NCBI GenBank assembly: GCA_045535385.1
Contig: JAZSLN010000036.1
Location: 1 to 48,596 of the forward strand
Length of the DNA stretch: 48,596 nucleotides
Reading direction: 5' to 3'
Origin: Eubacteriales bacterium
Lineage (GTDB): Bacteria; Bacillota; Clostridia; Oscillospirales; CAG-382
Both the position numbers and the translations under genes were made by a program. Below the pieces are notes generated by a model. It was not told where the DNA came from and made no database searches. It saw only the letters and a list, made by a program, of their open reading frames with translations. Shown piece after piece: positions 18,864 to 27,644 of this stretch (positions are counted from its first letter, which is position 1; the number at the start of each line of letters is the position of its first letter).

Positions 18864-20939
18864 TTATTTGTATTCGCTTAAATATTTATGAAGCATTACC
18901 GTGTATGAGTCGCGGCCTTCATCGGGGTAGATAAGACAATAGGAATAATAATCTTCGATATATACACAAATTTGCGTGCTGTGATGCTTGATATCGTAGA
19001 TTTTCGCCGTTACGGTTACTTTTCCGTTCTCGTCGGTGAAACGCTCGACTAAATCACCCGGACCGTAATAATCGCCGACGAGTACCGTCGCATTTTTGAT
19101 CGGCTTTTTCGTTGTTTTATCGATAACCGTTATTTCGATATTGGATATGGTTTTTTCTGCGGACGGAGTCAGCTCGACAATATGCTCTTTGCCCTCTTGC
19201 GTAACCTTGAAATCACGGTTGTCGTATCCGTCTGCAACCACGGAATAGCTTTTAGAAAGATAGAAAACAGCCGAAATTATACCGTTTTCATCGGAGCGGA
19301 GGTAGGAGTTGTGAGTAACGGATACGTTTTTTATCGGTTTTTTTGTTGTTTTGTCTATGAATTTGACGGTAGCTTCACCGGGATTATATTTGAAATCGCT
19401 TTTGCGCATAAGTGAAAAACGAATTGTTGCAACCTTTCCGTCTTCCGTTCTTTGGGATAGCTTCACTCCGGCATCTTCCTGAACAAAAACGCAATAATTC
19501 TTATCGGTTGCGTCCTTGGCATTACGCGGATGCAATTCATTGTTGCCGGCGAATCCGATGTGATAATTTTCACCTACAGGTATAACGAAACGCGCCACTC
19601 CGTCGCTGTTGGTTATCGATCGTTGAACGATATTGTGTTCGTCGTCGTAAAGGAAAAGCTCAACTCCCGAAAGCTTCATACAGGGATCGGAATCCGAAAA
19701 CAAAACAAGTCTTTTGTCCGTGAGGTATACGTAAACGGGATTATAGTAAGAGCCTATGAACTCGGGCTCCTCGGTGATTTCGGTTCCGTATCCTTCGGGG
19801 GTTTGATTGTTGATATTTATTTCATTATAAGGATTTTTTTCGAAAGGAGGAACGGGAAATTCATAAGGAGAGGGGAGTGCGCCCTCACTTTCGTCTAAAA
19901 CAACATTAAAAAGCTCACATCCCGCAAGTAATTCTTTTTCTACTTCGGCAACGACTACCGAATATACCTCGTCGGTTTCGGCTTCTTCGGCAAGGGTGTG
20001 CTTGACGGTCATCGTGATTCCGTTTTCGTCGGCGCGAAGCGAGGATATCTCGAAATTACTTCTGCCGTCGGACGAAGCAATATAGGTCGAGATAATCGCC
20101 TTGTCTTCGAAATAGTCATTGCCCTTTTTGAAGTATTGTTTTATATCGGTACCGCTTTTTCCGTATTCCTCGAGCTCATCGAATTCGGGTTCGAAAATGA
20201 AGAATAGATCACCGTACACGCTAACCTTCAAATCAGGTTTTCCGTCGATAGACTCGATTACTCGGTCTTTGATTCTATAGTTGAAGGTGTAGGGAGTAAA
20301 TTTAATATCGCGCGGGGTCTCGTCGTATTCACCGACCTTGCCGCTTACCGGATAAACGTGTTCTTCTATAATAGTTTTTGCGGTTTTGCATCCGCCGATG
20401 TCGGATTTGTTGACTTCGACAGTCATAATATAGGACAATGTGGCATCGAGACATATGGTGGGGGTTTTTGTGCTTATCGAAAGGGTTATTCCGCTTTCGT
20501 CGATACGAACGCTTTCGAGCTCGACAACTATGCTTATAGATGGCATAGTGCAGTCAGACAGAATAAGAGCCTTTGTGTCGAAAAAGTTTTCGCCGTACTT
20601 CTCAATGAATTCTTCATAGGTCATTCCGCGTTCCGTAGCAGCTAAGATTTCTTTCATTTCCTCGTTGCTTGTTGCGACGAGTGTCATAGTATCGCTATCC
20701 GAACTCGTCGGCATACGGAGGTTTCGGAATTCGCCCGAAAATCCGTTTTTGATGTAATCAAGCTCGCGCGGAGTTACGTCCCAAGTCGGCTCTTCGGACG
20801 GTTCGGAAGTATCCGATTCTGACGTATGATTGGATATGTCCGACGGCTCGGACGGGATGTTTGAAATATCGACCGTTTCGGCACAACCGACAGCCAAAAG
20901 ACAAAGCATTAATAATAACGGTAAAAATTTAATTCTCAT
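18864..20939 (-). CDS. Lipoprotein with 2 x the ~105-aa domain plus three carboxypeptidase-regulatory-like beta-sandwich modules
   Basis: Start at MRIKFLPLLLMLCLLAVGCAE (lipobox LAVGC; AAAGGAG 8 nt upstream; the track start at 20957 is upstream of that RBS). FFDTKALI...TVEVNKSDIGGC and YFEDKAII...VAEVEKELLAGC are repeats. The C-terminus has NSDGVARFVIPVG, VKFIDKTTKKPIKNVSV and TVIDKTTKKPIKNATV. Confidence 0.75.
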   Translation of the reverse strand: MRIKFLPLLLMLCLLAVGCAETVDISNIPSEPSDISNHTSESDTSEPSEEPTWDVTPRELDYIKNGFSGEFRNLRMPTSSDSDTMTLVATSNEEMKEILAATERGMTYEEFIEKYGENFFDTKALILSDCTMPSISIVVELESVRIDESGITLSISTKTPTICLDATLSYIMTVEVNKSDIGGCKTAKTIIEEHVYPVSGKVGEYDETPRDIKFTPYTFNYRIKDRVIESIDGKPDLKVSVYGDLFFIFEPEFDELEEYGKSGTDIKQYFKKGNDYFEDKAIISTYIASSDGRSNFEISSLRADENGITMTVKHTLAEEAETDEVYSVVVAEVEKELLAGCELFNVVLDESEGALPSPYEFPVPPFEKNPYNEININNQTPEGYGTEITEEPEFIGSYYNPVYVYLTDKRLVLFSDSDPCMKLSGVELFLYDDEHNIVQRSITNSDGVARFVIPVGENYHIGFAGNNELHPRNAKDATDKNYCVFVQEDAGVKLSQRTEDGKVATIRFSLMRKSDFKYNPGEATVKFIDKTTKKPIKNVSVTHNSYLRSDENGIISAVFYLSKSYSVVADGYDNRDFKVTQEGKEHIVELTPSAEKTISNIEITVIDKTTKKPIKNATVLVGDYYGPGDLVERFTDENGKVTVTAKIYDIKHHSTQICVYIEDYYSYCLIYPDEGRDSYTVMLHKYLSEYK

Positions 20940-21002
20940 AAAACGAACTCCTTTCATGCGTTTTCAATAATATTGTACGTTTTTTCGGAAACACCTTACA
21001 CA

Positions 21003-21033
21003 AAAAGCAAAAAACCGCCGTTTCGGGCGGTTT
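21003..21033 (-). terminator. Rho-independent terminator after rlmH
   Basis: The minus strand reads AAACCGCC-CGAAAC-GGCGGUUU followed by UUUGCUUUUUG. Confidence 0.6.
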
Positions 21034-21110
21034 CGGGGCACAAGTCTATTCTTTCGCCCGAACTAATTATACCATCCGGGCAATGCGATGTCAAGTCCGT
21101 TCACTCCGTG

Positions 21111-21581
21111 CTATTTATGATACTTCTTTCCCGAATTTATCGAGAATGCGCGATAAACCTGCTCGGCGAGCATAACACGGGCGAGCATGTGGGGAAAGGT
21201 CATTTTAGACATCGACAAGCGCATATCGCATTCACGCTTCAAACTTTCGTCAAGCCCGAAGCTCGATCCGATTATAAAGCATATGGGGCGCGATTCTTTT
21301 GCGAAAACATCTGCCAGCTCGACGCTCGACAGCTGCTTGCCCTCGATACACATTGCGATTTTGAAGGCTTGCTTGGGAATGGCGGCGCGTATAGCGTTAG
21401 CTTCCTTTTCGAGTGCGCGGGCGATCAATTTGTCGGAATCCTCGCCGAAGGAGGACTCTTCTTTAATACAGACCGTTTTATAGTCGCAAAAAGCCTTTAA
21501 TCGCTTTATATATTCCTTTTCCGCTTCGCGAAAGTAGGTTTCCTTAAAGTCGCCTACGTGAATCACAGTTACGCTTGTCAT
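21111..21581 (-). CDS. rlmH: 23S rRNA (pseudouridine1915-N3)-methyltransferase
   Basis: 156-aa SPOUT protein. IIGSSFGLDESLK...MSKMTFPHMLARVMLAEQVYRA is typical of RlmH. Its ATGA overlaps the stop of the upstream gene. Confidence 0.9.
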   Translation of the reverse strand: MTSVTVIHVGDFKETYFREAEKEYIKRLKAFCDYKTVCIKEESSFGEDSDKLIARALEKEANAIRAAIPKQAFKIAMCIEGKQLSSVELADVFAKESRPICFIIGSSFGLDESLKRECDMRLSMSKMTFPHMLARVMLAEQVYRAFSINSGKKYHK

Positions 21582-22162
21582 CTCTTTTTCTTCCTTGAGA
21601 TAGTCTTCTTTTTTCGTACAGAATAGCCGAAATCTCCGATTTTCTTACCGAGAGTGAAATAATCGCCGTGAACGTATGTTATAAGGTCGGCATTTTCGAG
21701 CATAAGACGACCGTTTTTATCGATCAATTTTTCGTCGGCGGCAACGGCTACAATATCAGCGATAAACATATCGTGCGAGCCGAGAGGGACGATTTGGGAG
21801 ACCTTGCACTCAAGTGTAAGCGGACATTCCGCAACGGATACACAACCGACCTCGAAGGAATCCTCTTTGGTGAGCCTTGTTTCCTTGAACTTGTCGAGGT
21901 CTTTTCCCGAGCGTACACCGCAAAAATCAACGGCACGCACTATTTCGCTCGTCGGCAGGTTGACGCAAAATTCACCGCTCTGCTTGATTATTTCGTAAGA
22001 ATGCCGTTCGGGACGTACGGAAATATAAAGCTTGGGCGGCTGAGTGCAGACGATTCCCGTCCATCCGATAGTTATCAAATTTGCGTTTTCACCGTTCCCG
22101 CAGGAAACGAGTACAGCCGGCACGGGCGATAGTAACGCTCCGCCCTTCCATTTTTGTTTCAT
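21578..22162 (-). CDS. Flavin reductase-like domain protein
   Basis: ~194 aa. PVPAVLVSCG...NLITIGWTGIVCTQPPKLYISVRPERHSYEII matches the flavin-reductase-like fold pattern. I take the ATG at 22162 as the start, since the track start at 22168 is a TTG. Confidence 0.7.
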   Translation of the reverse strand: MKQKWKGGALLSPVPAVLVSCGNGENANLITIGWTGIVCTQPPKLYISVRPERHSYEIIKQSGEFCVNLPTSEIVRAVDFCGVRSGKDLDKFKETRLTKEDSFEVGCVSVAECPLTLECKVSQIVPLGSHDMFIADIVAVAADEKLIDKNGRLMLENADLITYVHGDYFTLGKKIGDFGYSVRKKKTISRKKKR

Positions 22163-22319
22163 AGTCAATACCTGTTAAATATCTTATAAAATCACTCAAA
22201 AACCTGTTTTTGAGTGGGAGCGTAAGCGACACGCCCCGCCCTTCCATTTTTGTTTCATAATTGTATCCTATAATAAAAATATCATTATTTTCGAGGACAA
22301 GTGCCTCGGAAATGAATTT

Positions 22320-23021
22320 TCATTTTATCAATCGTTCAACGATCTCGTAAGCCATTCTTAAGCCTGCGGTTGCGGGGACGAAGACGGCGCTGGAGGGGGT
22401 GGCGCGGCGCGTTTCCTCGTTTCTGCCCTCGAAGCATTCGCCGGGTGCTTCCTCGGAAAGAACCACGGTGAGTGATTCTACGTTGCGGGCGCGAAGCTCT
22501 TTTCTCATAACACGCGCCAAAGGGTCGCCCGAGGTTTGGTAGATATCCTTGACGGTAACAAACGATGGGTTCAAGCGGTTTCCGGTGCCCATCGAGGAAA
22601 TGATCGGAATGCCGAGCCGATTCGCTTCGGCGATAAGAAGGAGCTTCGAGGTAACCGTGTCGATACAATCGGCGATAAAATCATATTCCGAAAGATCAAT
22701 TTCGTCTTTTGTTTCAGCCGAATAGAAAAGATCGATTCCCGAAAAATCCCCTTCGGGGTTGATGTCCTTCAGCCTTTCGGCACAAACAGCCGATTTCGGG
22801 CTGTCGACCGTAGAGGAAAGAGCAATTAACTGGCGGTTGCGGTTGGTTTCGGAGACGGTATCGCCGTCAACAACGGTGATTTTTTCGATTCCGCACCGAG
22901 CCAAAGCCTCGGCACACCAAGAGCCGACGCCGCCGACACCGAAGACGATGACCGACGATCTATTCAATTTCTCGATTCCGTCCCCGCCCAGAAGGGGCAC
23001 AGAGCGTTCAAGCATACTCAT
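22320..23021 (-). CDS. tcdA: tRNA threonylcarbamoyladenosine dehydratase (ThiF/MoeB-like)
   Basis: VIVFGVGGVGSWCAEALARCGIEKITVVDGDTVSETNRNRQ is a Rossmann/E1-like signature. The 233-aa size fits TcdA. Confidence 0.85.
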   Translation of the reverse strand: MSMLERSVPLLGGDGIEKLNRSSVIVFGVGGVGSWCAEALARCGIEKITVVDGDTVSETNRNRQLIALSSTVDSPKSAVCAERLKDINPEGDFSGIDLFYSAETKDEIDLSEYDFIADCIDTVTSKLLLIAEANRLGIPIISSMGTGNRLNPSFVTVKDIYQTSGDPLARVMRKELRARNVESLTVVLSEEAPGECFEGRNEETRRATPSSAVFVPATAGLRMAYEIVERLIK

Positions 23022-23028
23022 ACAATAC

Positions 23029-24774
23029 TCACTTTATATCCGGCATAACGGCATCTACCACCGCCGAATAGTATTTTTCGTAGGTTACAAAGCCCAATGC
23101 ACTTCCGTTGGGCTTCTTCAAATTACGCACACGCGTATAATCGACCTCGACGTTTCGGCTTCCGCGCTTTTCACTGAAATATGCGGCGAGCATAAGAGCT
23201 TCGTTGTAATCGCGGTCGGTAGGCTCGTTGTTTCCGTCGGGAGTGAGGATGACGTGTGAGCCGTGGAAGCCTTTAATATGGAACCAAATCTCGTTTCTGT
23301 CGGCGTTTCCCGTAAGAGCATCGTTTTGGCGGTTGTTACGTCCGACTCGAACGGTAAGTCCGTCGGTCGTCTTAAACGAAAGAGGCTTGGCGGCAGGCGT
23401 TTTCTTTTTCTTTCCGACAGCCGATTTTCCGGCGATATATCCTCCCTCGGCAAGCTCGGTTTTTATTTCCGCGAGCTCCTGCGGATTAGCAGCGCGGTCT
23501 ATGAACGAAAGCACGCTTTCGAGATAGTCGGTTTCGGCTTCGGTTTGCTTTATCTGTTCGGCAAGCATAACCGACGCACGCTTCATTTTTGAATATTTCT
23601 TATAATATTTTTGGGCGTTTTTTGCGGGATTGAGCGAAATATCGAGCGGAACGGTAATTTCCTCGCCCGATTCGTAATCCATTCCCGTAACTTCGCTGTC
23701 GCCCTGACGGATACGGTAGATATTTGCCGTGATAACGTCTCCGCGGATACGCATTTTTTCCATCGAGGCGCAATCGTCGAGCTCGCCTTTTAATAAAACA
23801 AGCTTCTTTTTCGCGCGAGAAAGATGGGTGTTGACAGTTTTAACGAGCTCGCGCGAATAGCGGCCGATGTTTACCGCCTCTTCTTTTTTGCCGAAATAAT
23901 CGGTAAGAAGAAGCGAAAAGCTGTCGTATTCTCTCGCTTCATATTCGTTTCCGTATTGCGTGAGGGGAATGAAGGAATATTCAACTCCGTTTCCGTCGGA
24001 ATCCAACACCGCGCAAGGCGAAAAGTCATTATCTGCGATCGTTGTTTTTATTGTAATTAATTCCTCTGCAAGGCGATTTGCGTTAGCTTCGTTTATAACC
24101 GTTTCGCTGTCATTAAACGCGCGATAGGCAACCTCACGCGCAACGACCGGCGAGAAACCGAAAAATGTACGAATTATAAAATCACTCGCCTTGATTCCCG
24201 ATTTTTCGATACAAAGCGAAATTATGTCGCTTTCCGTTACGCTAAAGAGAGATATTTTATCTTGCTTCGGAGGGAACTCATAGGGAAGCCCCGTCATAAT
24301 ACTTCTTACGTTCGATGTTATATCCGAAAAAGCGCTTGCGGAAAGGATCTTGTCCTTTTCGTCGGTAAGGATAATATTTGAATATTTGCCCATCATCTCG
24401 GCGTAAAGATGCTTACGTTTTATATAACCCATTTCGTCGGCGCAATCGAAAATAAAACGTATGATTCGTTCGTTTTCAATCCATTCCGAGCCCATAAACC
24501 TACCGTTCTGGAGATGCTTGCGATAGAGCATACAGGTAGGAGTAGGGGTGTCGGGACGTGCTACCGCCTCGTCGGTTATCGCAAGAATAGGGCGTGAGGC
24601 TGACGCAGAAACGACGAAATTACCGCGTGTGCCGTCCTTGTATATCTGGAAATAAAAGCAGGTTTGCGAGCTTTGATAGACCTTTTCGACTCTTGCGCCC
24701 GCCCAATTATTCAATTCATTCGCGACCGCGGCGCAAAAAAGTCCGTCAAATGCCATATTCTTCCTCTCTTCCAA
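23029..24774 (-). CDS. rqcH: Ribosome quality-control factor RqcH (NFACT / FbpA family)
   Basis: 581 aa. NFACT-N N-terminus (MAFDGLFCAAVANEL), a coiled-coil middle region, and a C-terminal NFACT-R with WFHIKGFHGSHVIL. Confidence 0.85.
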   Translation of the reverse strand: MEERKNMAFDGLFCAAVANELNNWAGARVEKVYQSSQTCFYFQIYKDGTRGNFVVSASASRPILAITDEAVARPDTPTPTCMLYRKHLQNGRFMGSEWIENERIIRFIFDCADEMGYIKRKHLYAEMMGKYSNIILTDEKDKILSASAFSDITSNVRSIMTGLPYEFPPKQDKISLFSVTESDIISLCIEKSGIKASDFIIRTFFGFSPVVAREVAYRAFNDSETVINEANANRLAEELITIKTTIADNDFSPCAVLDSDGNGVEYSFIPLTQYGNEYEAREYDSFSLLLTDYFGKKEEAVNIGRYSRELVKTVNTHLSRAKKKLVLLKGELDDCASMEKMRIRGDVITANIYRIRQGDSEVTGMDYESGEEITVPLDISLNPAKNAQKYYKKYSKMKRASVMLAEQIKQTEAETDYLESVLSFIDRAANPQELAEIKTELAEGGYIAGKSAVGKKKKTPAAKPLSFKTTDGLTVRVGRNNRQNDALTGNADRNEIWFHIKGFHGSHVILTPDGNNEPTDRDYNEALMLAAYFSEKRGSRNVEVDYTRVRNLKKPNGSALGFVTYEKYYSAVVDAVMPDIK

Positions 24775-25501
24775 ACATATAAACAGCGCAAGGCACGTAT
24801 TGATTTATCTTATCGGCAAGGATGGGGACGATTAATCGCTCGGTCGCGTAATGCGTTCCGCAAATCAGGTTCAAACCAAGCTCTTTGCAGTCGATCATAT
24901 GGTTATGCATAACCTCGCCGGTAACGAAGGTGTCCGCGCCTGCGGCAATAACATCGTTTATTTCGTCCTTGCCGCAACCTGAAACAACTGCAACGCGCTT
25001 TACTCTGTCCGATGCTTTTACCAATCCGAGCGATTTGACGTCAAGCTTTAATGCTTCGGCGGTTTTCTTTGCGAAATCTTCAAAGCTTTGCTCGTCTACG
25101 TCGCCGATACGTCCGTAGGGAAGAAACGCAACGGTATTTTTTATTCCGAGATATCCCGCGAGAACGTCGTTCACACCGCCCTGCATACTGTCAAGGCGCG
25201 TGTGGTAGGACAGCACGGAAATGCCGTGCTTAATGCATTTTATAATACGCTTACCGACGCTGTCGTCGGGGGTTATCGCGCCGATCGGCTTGAAGATAAG
25301 CGGATGATGGGTAACGATGACGTTGCATCCCCCATCGATAGCCATATCTATTGCAACGCTCGTGCAGTCAAGCGCGCATAAAACTCCGGTAACCTCTTCG
25401 CTCGGGTTGGGGATAATCATTCTTCCGTCGTTGTCCCAAGGCTCCGATAGGTCGCGCGGAATAAGTATATCAAGTTCTTTTGCAAGCTGTTCTATGGTCA
25501 T
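24746..25501 (-). CDS. Nif3-like dinuclear metal-centre protein
   Basis: 251 aa. VIVTHHPLIF, LSYHTRLD and CGTHYATE are NIF3 family signatures. Confidence 0.85.
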   Translation of the reverse strand: MTIEQLAKELDILIPRDLSEPWDNDGRMIIPNPSEEVTGVLCALDCTSVAIDMAIDGGCNVIVTHHPLIFKPIGAITPDDSVGKRIIKCIKHGISVLSYHTRLDSMQGGVNDVLAGYLGIKNTVAFLPYGRIGDVDEQSFEDFAKKTAEALKLDVKSLGLVKASDRVKRVAVVSGCGKDEINDVIAAGADTFVTGEVMHNHMIDCKELGLNLICGTHYATERLIVPILADKINQYVPCAVYMFGREEEYGI

Positions 25502-25555
25502 AATATACCTCTATTCACAAAAAACCGCTATTTTCAGCGGTTTTTTGAGTATCAT

Positions 25556-26491
25556 TTATTTGCCGAGAAGCTTCTTTACACGGCTTACGACACCTGCGGA
25601 ATTGAGCTCGTAGAAGTCGATGAGCACGCCCGCGGGAGCGCTTGTGCCGAAAACGTCGTTAATACCGAGCTTCGCCATTTTGGCAGTGCCGGTTTCGGCA
25701 AGGAGAGAAGCAACGGCATCACCGAGACCGCCGATAACCGAATGCTCTTCGGCGGTGAGTATGAATCCGGTCTTTTCGGCATATTCGGCGATGAGCTTTT
25801 CGTCGAAGGGCTTGACGGTGTGGATATCTATAACTGCAGCATCGATGCCTTCGCTTGCGAGGATATCGCGGGCTTCCATGGCCGCCGCAACCATAATACC
25901 GGTCGCAACGATGGTTACGTCCTTACCGTCGGCAAGAACGATACCTTTGCCGAGCTTGAATTCCTGCTCACCCTTGGTATAGAATTGGGGAACCGCATAT
26001 CTGCCTAATCTCATATATACGGGGCCGGGATAGTTGATGACCTCTTCCAAAAGCGCTTCGGTCGAAGCCGAGTCTGCGGGGCAGACAACCGTCATATTGG
26101 GAAGAGCGCGCATGATTGCAATGTCTTCGCAGAATTGGTGGGTCGCACCGTCTTCACCGACGGTAATGCCGGCGTGAGAAGCACAAATTTTTACCGGAAG
26201 CTTGGGATATGCAACCGAGTTTCTTATCTGTTCGAAAGCGCGTCCGCAAGCAAACATAGCGAAAGAGGATGCAACTGCGGGAATACCCGTAGCGGCGATA
26301 CCTGCCGCAACCGAAATCATATTTTCTTCTGCGATACCGCAGTTGAAAAAGCGATCGGGATATTTTTTTGCAAAAACAGCGGTCTGTGTAGAGCCCGAAA
26401 GATCGGCATCCAACACGTAAAAATCTTTAGTTTCACCGAGCTCGGCAAGCTTTCTGCCGTACGCGGCTCTGGTTGCTTCTTTTTCAGCCAT
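25556..26491 (-). CDS. tkt: Transketolase, C-terminal (pyrimidine-binding) subunit
   Basis: 311 aa. FFNCGIAEENMISVAAGIA and HAGITVGEDGATHQ are present. It overlaps the N-subunit gene by 8 nt. Confidence 0.9.
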   Translation of the reverse strand: MAEKEATRAAYGRKLAELGETKDFYVLDADLSGSTQTAVFAKKYPDRFFNCGIAEENMISVAAGIAATGIPAVASSFAMFACGRAFEQIRNSVAYPKLPVKICASHAGITVGEDGATHQFCEDIAIMRALPNMTVVCPADSASTEALLEEVINYPGPVYMRLGRYAVPQFYTKGEQEFKLGKGIVLADGKDVTIVATGIMVAAAMEARDILASEGIDAAVIDIHTVKPFDEKLIAEYAEKTGFILTAEEHSVIGGLGDAVASLLAETGTAKMAKLGINDVFGTSAPAGVLIDFYELNSAGVVSRVKKLLGK

Positions 26492-27338
26492 TGTTCATTT
26501 CCTCCACTGCTTCCTGCCATGCCTTCATAAGTTCTTCTTCGGCGATAGCATATTCCTCTGCCTTGGGAGCCTTTCCGTGCCAGGAATAGTTGTTTTCCAT
26601 AAAGGAAACGCCCTTGCCCTTAACGGTGTTGCAAATAATAACCGAGGGCTTGCCGCTGTTTTCCGCAGAGATAACGGCGTTATCTATTGCTTCGAAATCG
26701 TGTCCGTCGATAACCTGAGCGAACCATCCGAACGCCTGGAATTTTTCGTCAATGGGCTTGGGATTCATAACGTCGGTTATTGCGCCGTCGATCTGATATC
26801 CGTTAAAGTCGACGAAAGCGATTATATTATCAAGCTTATAGTGGTTGGCGAACATAGCCGCTTCCCAAACCTGACCTTCCTCGATCTCACCGTCGCCGAG
26901 CGCGGTATAGACCTTCCAGTCATATCCCTTGCGCTTTGCAACCGCAGCCATACCGCAAGCGGTCGAAAATCCCTGACCGAGAGAGCCGGTCGACATATCA
27001 ATGCCGGGGGTTCCCTTCATATCGGGGTGTCCCTGGAGCATACCGCCGAGCTTACGGAGGTTTTTGAGCTCCTCAACATCGAAATAACCCTTGAGCGCGA
27101 GAACCGAATAGAGCGCGGGGCAGCAATGGCCCTTCGAAAGAACGAATCTGTCGCGGTCCTCCATTTTGGGATTCGAGGGGTCGTTTTTCATCTTGTAGTA
27201 GTAAAGATAGGTAATTACGTCGGCAATCGACAGCGATCCGCCCGGATGGCCGCTTTTTGCACCGTAAACCGCTTCGACAGAAAGCTTTCTGACGAGCGCG
27301 GCTCTTTCTTTCAGCATAAGAAGAGTGTTTCTTTCCAT
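26484..27338 (-). CDS. tkt: Transketolase, N-terminal (TPP-binding) subunit
   Basis: GHPGGSLS, SKGHCCPALY and LGDGEIEEGQVWEA are present. I prefer the start at MERNTLL (27338, AAAGGAA RBS) over the track start at 27368. Confidence 0.9.
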   Translation of the reverse strand: MERNTLLMLKERAALVRKLSVEAVYGAKSGHPGGSLSIADVITYLYYYKMKNDPSNPKMEDRDRFVLSKGHCCPALYSVLALKGYFDVEELKNLRKLGGMLQGHPDMKGTPGIDMSTGSLGQGFSTACGMAAVAKRKGYDWKVYTALGDGEIEEGQVWEAAMFANHYKLDNIIAFVDFNGYQIDGAITDVMNPKPIDEKFQAFGWFAQVIDGHDFEAIDNAVISAENSGKPSVIICNTVKGKGVSFMENNYSWHGKAPKAEEYAIAEEELMKAWQEAVEEMNNG

Positions 27339-27363
27339 AACGATATTTCCTTTCGTTTGACTG

Positions 27364-27644
27364 GTCAAAGCATTGAAGCTTGAATCAGCTTTTCAAGGTC
27401 GGATTTTAGCCGCTACTGCGTCAAAATGCTCGAGAATACGCCGGTATTCACTCCGCTTTTTCCTTGTATCGACTACAAATCATTCGCTTGAAAAGTCTTC
27501 GACCCAAAAGGGTCTGAATTTCGAGAAAATTTCGATGAAGAGGATGACGCAATACGAGCGTATTGCTAAGACGATAAATTGAAATTTGCCGAAAAACGTA
27601 GTGGTTCAGCACTTTTGGGCTGTTTCAAGTATTAATGCTTTGAC
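27364..27644 (+). ncRNA. Candidate structured RNA (alternatively a MITE-like element) filling the rluD-tkt intergenic gap
   Basis: Nested long-range pairing: 27364-27374 with 27634-27644 (11 bp), 27379-27384 with 27624-27629, 27386-27389 with 27619-27622, 27410-27416 with 27598-27604, and 27417-27423 with 27545-27551. There are also internal hairpins. The G.U pairs only work on the plus strand. There is no credible ORF. Confidence 0.35.

Noticed and set aside
20903-20917. 13-nt match (CAAAGCATTAATA) between the lipoprotein signal-peptide coding region and the right arm of the 27364-27644 element.
   Set aside because: It is a single short match inside a CDS with no flanking similarity, and is most likely chance.
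27373-27582. 69-aa plus-strand ORF in the rluD-tkt gap.
   Set aside because: It has no RBS and the peptide has no recognisable features. The region is better explained by the nested long-range base pairing reported as a candidate RNA.
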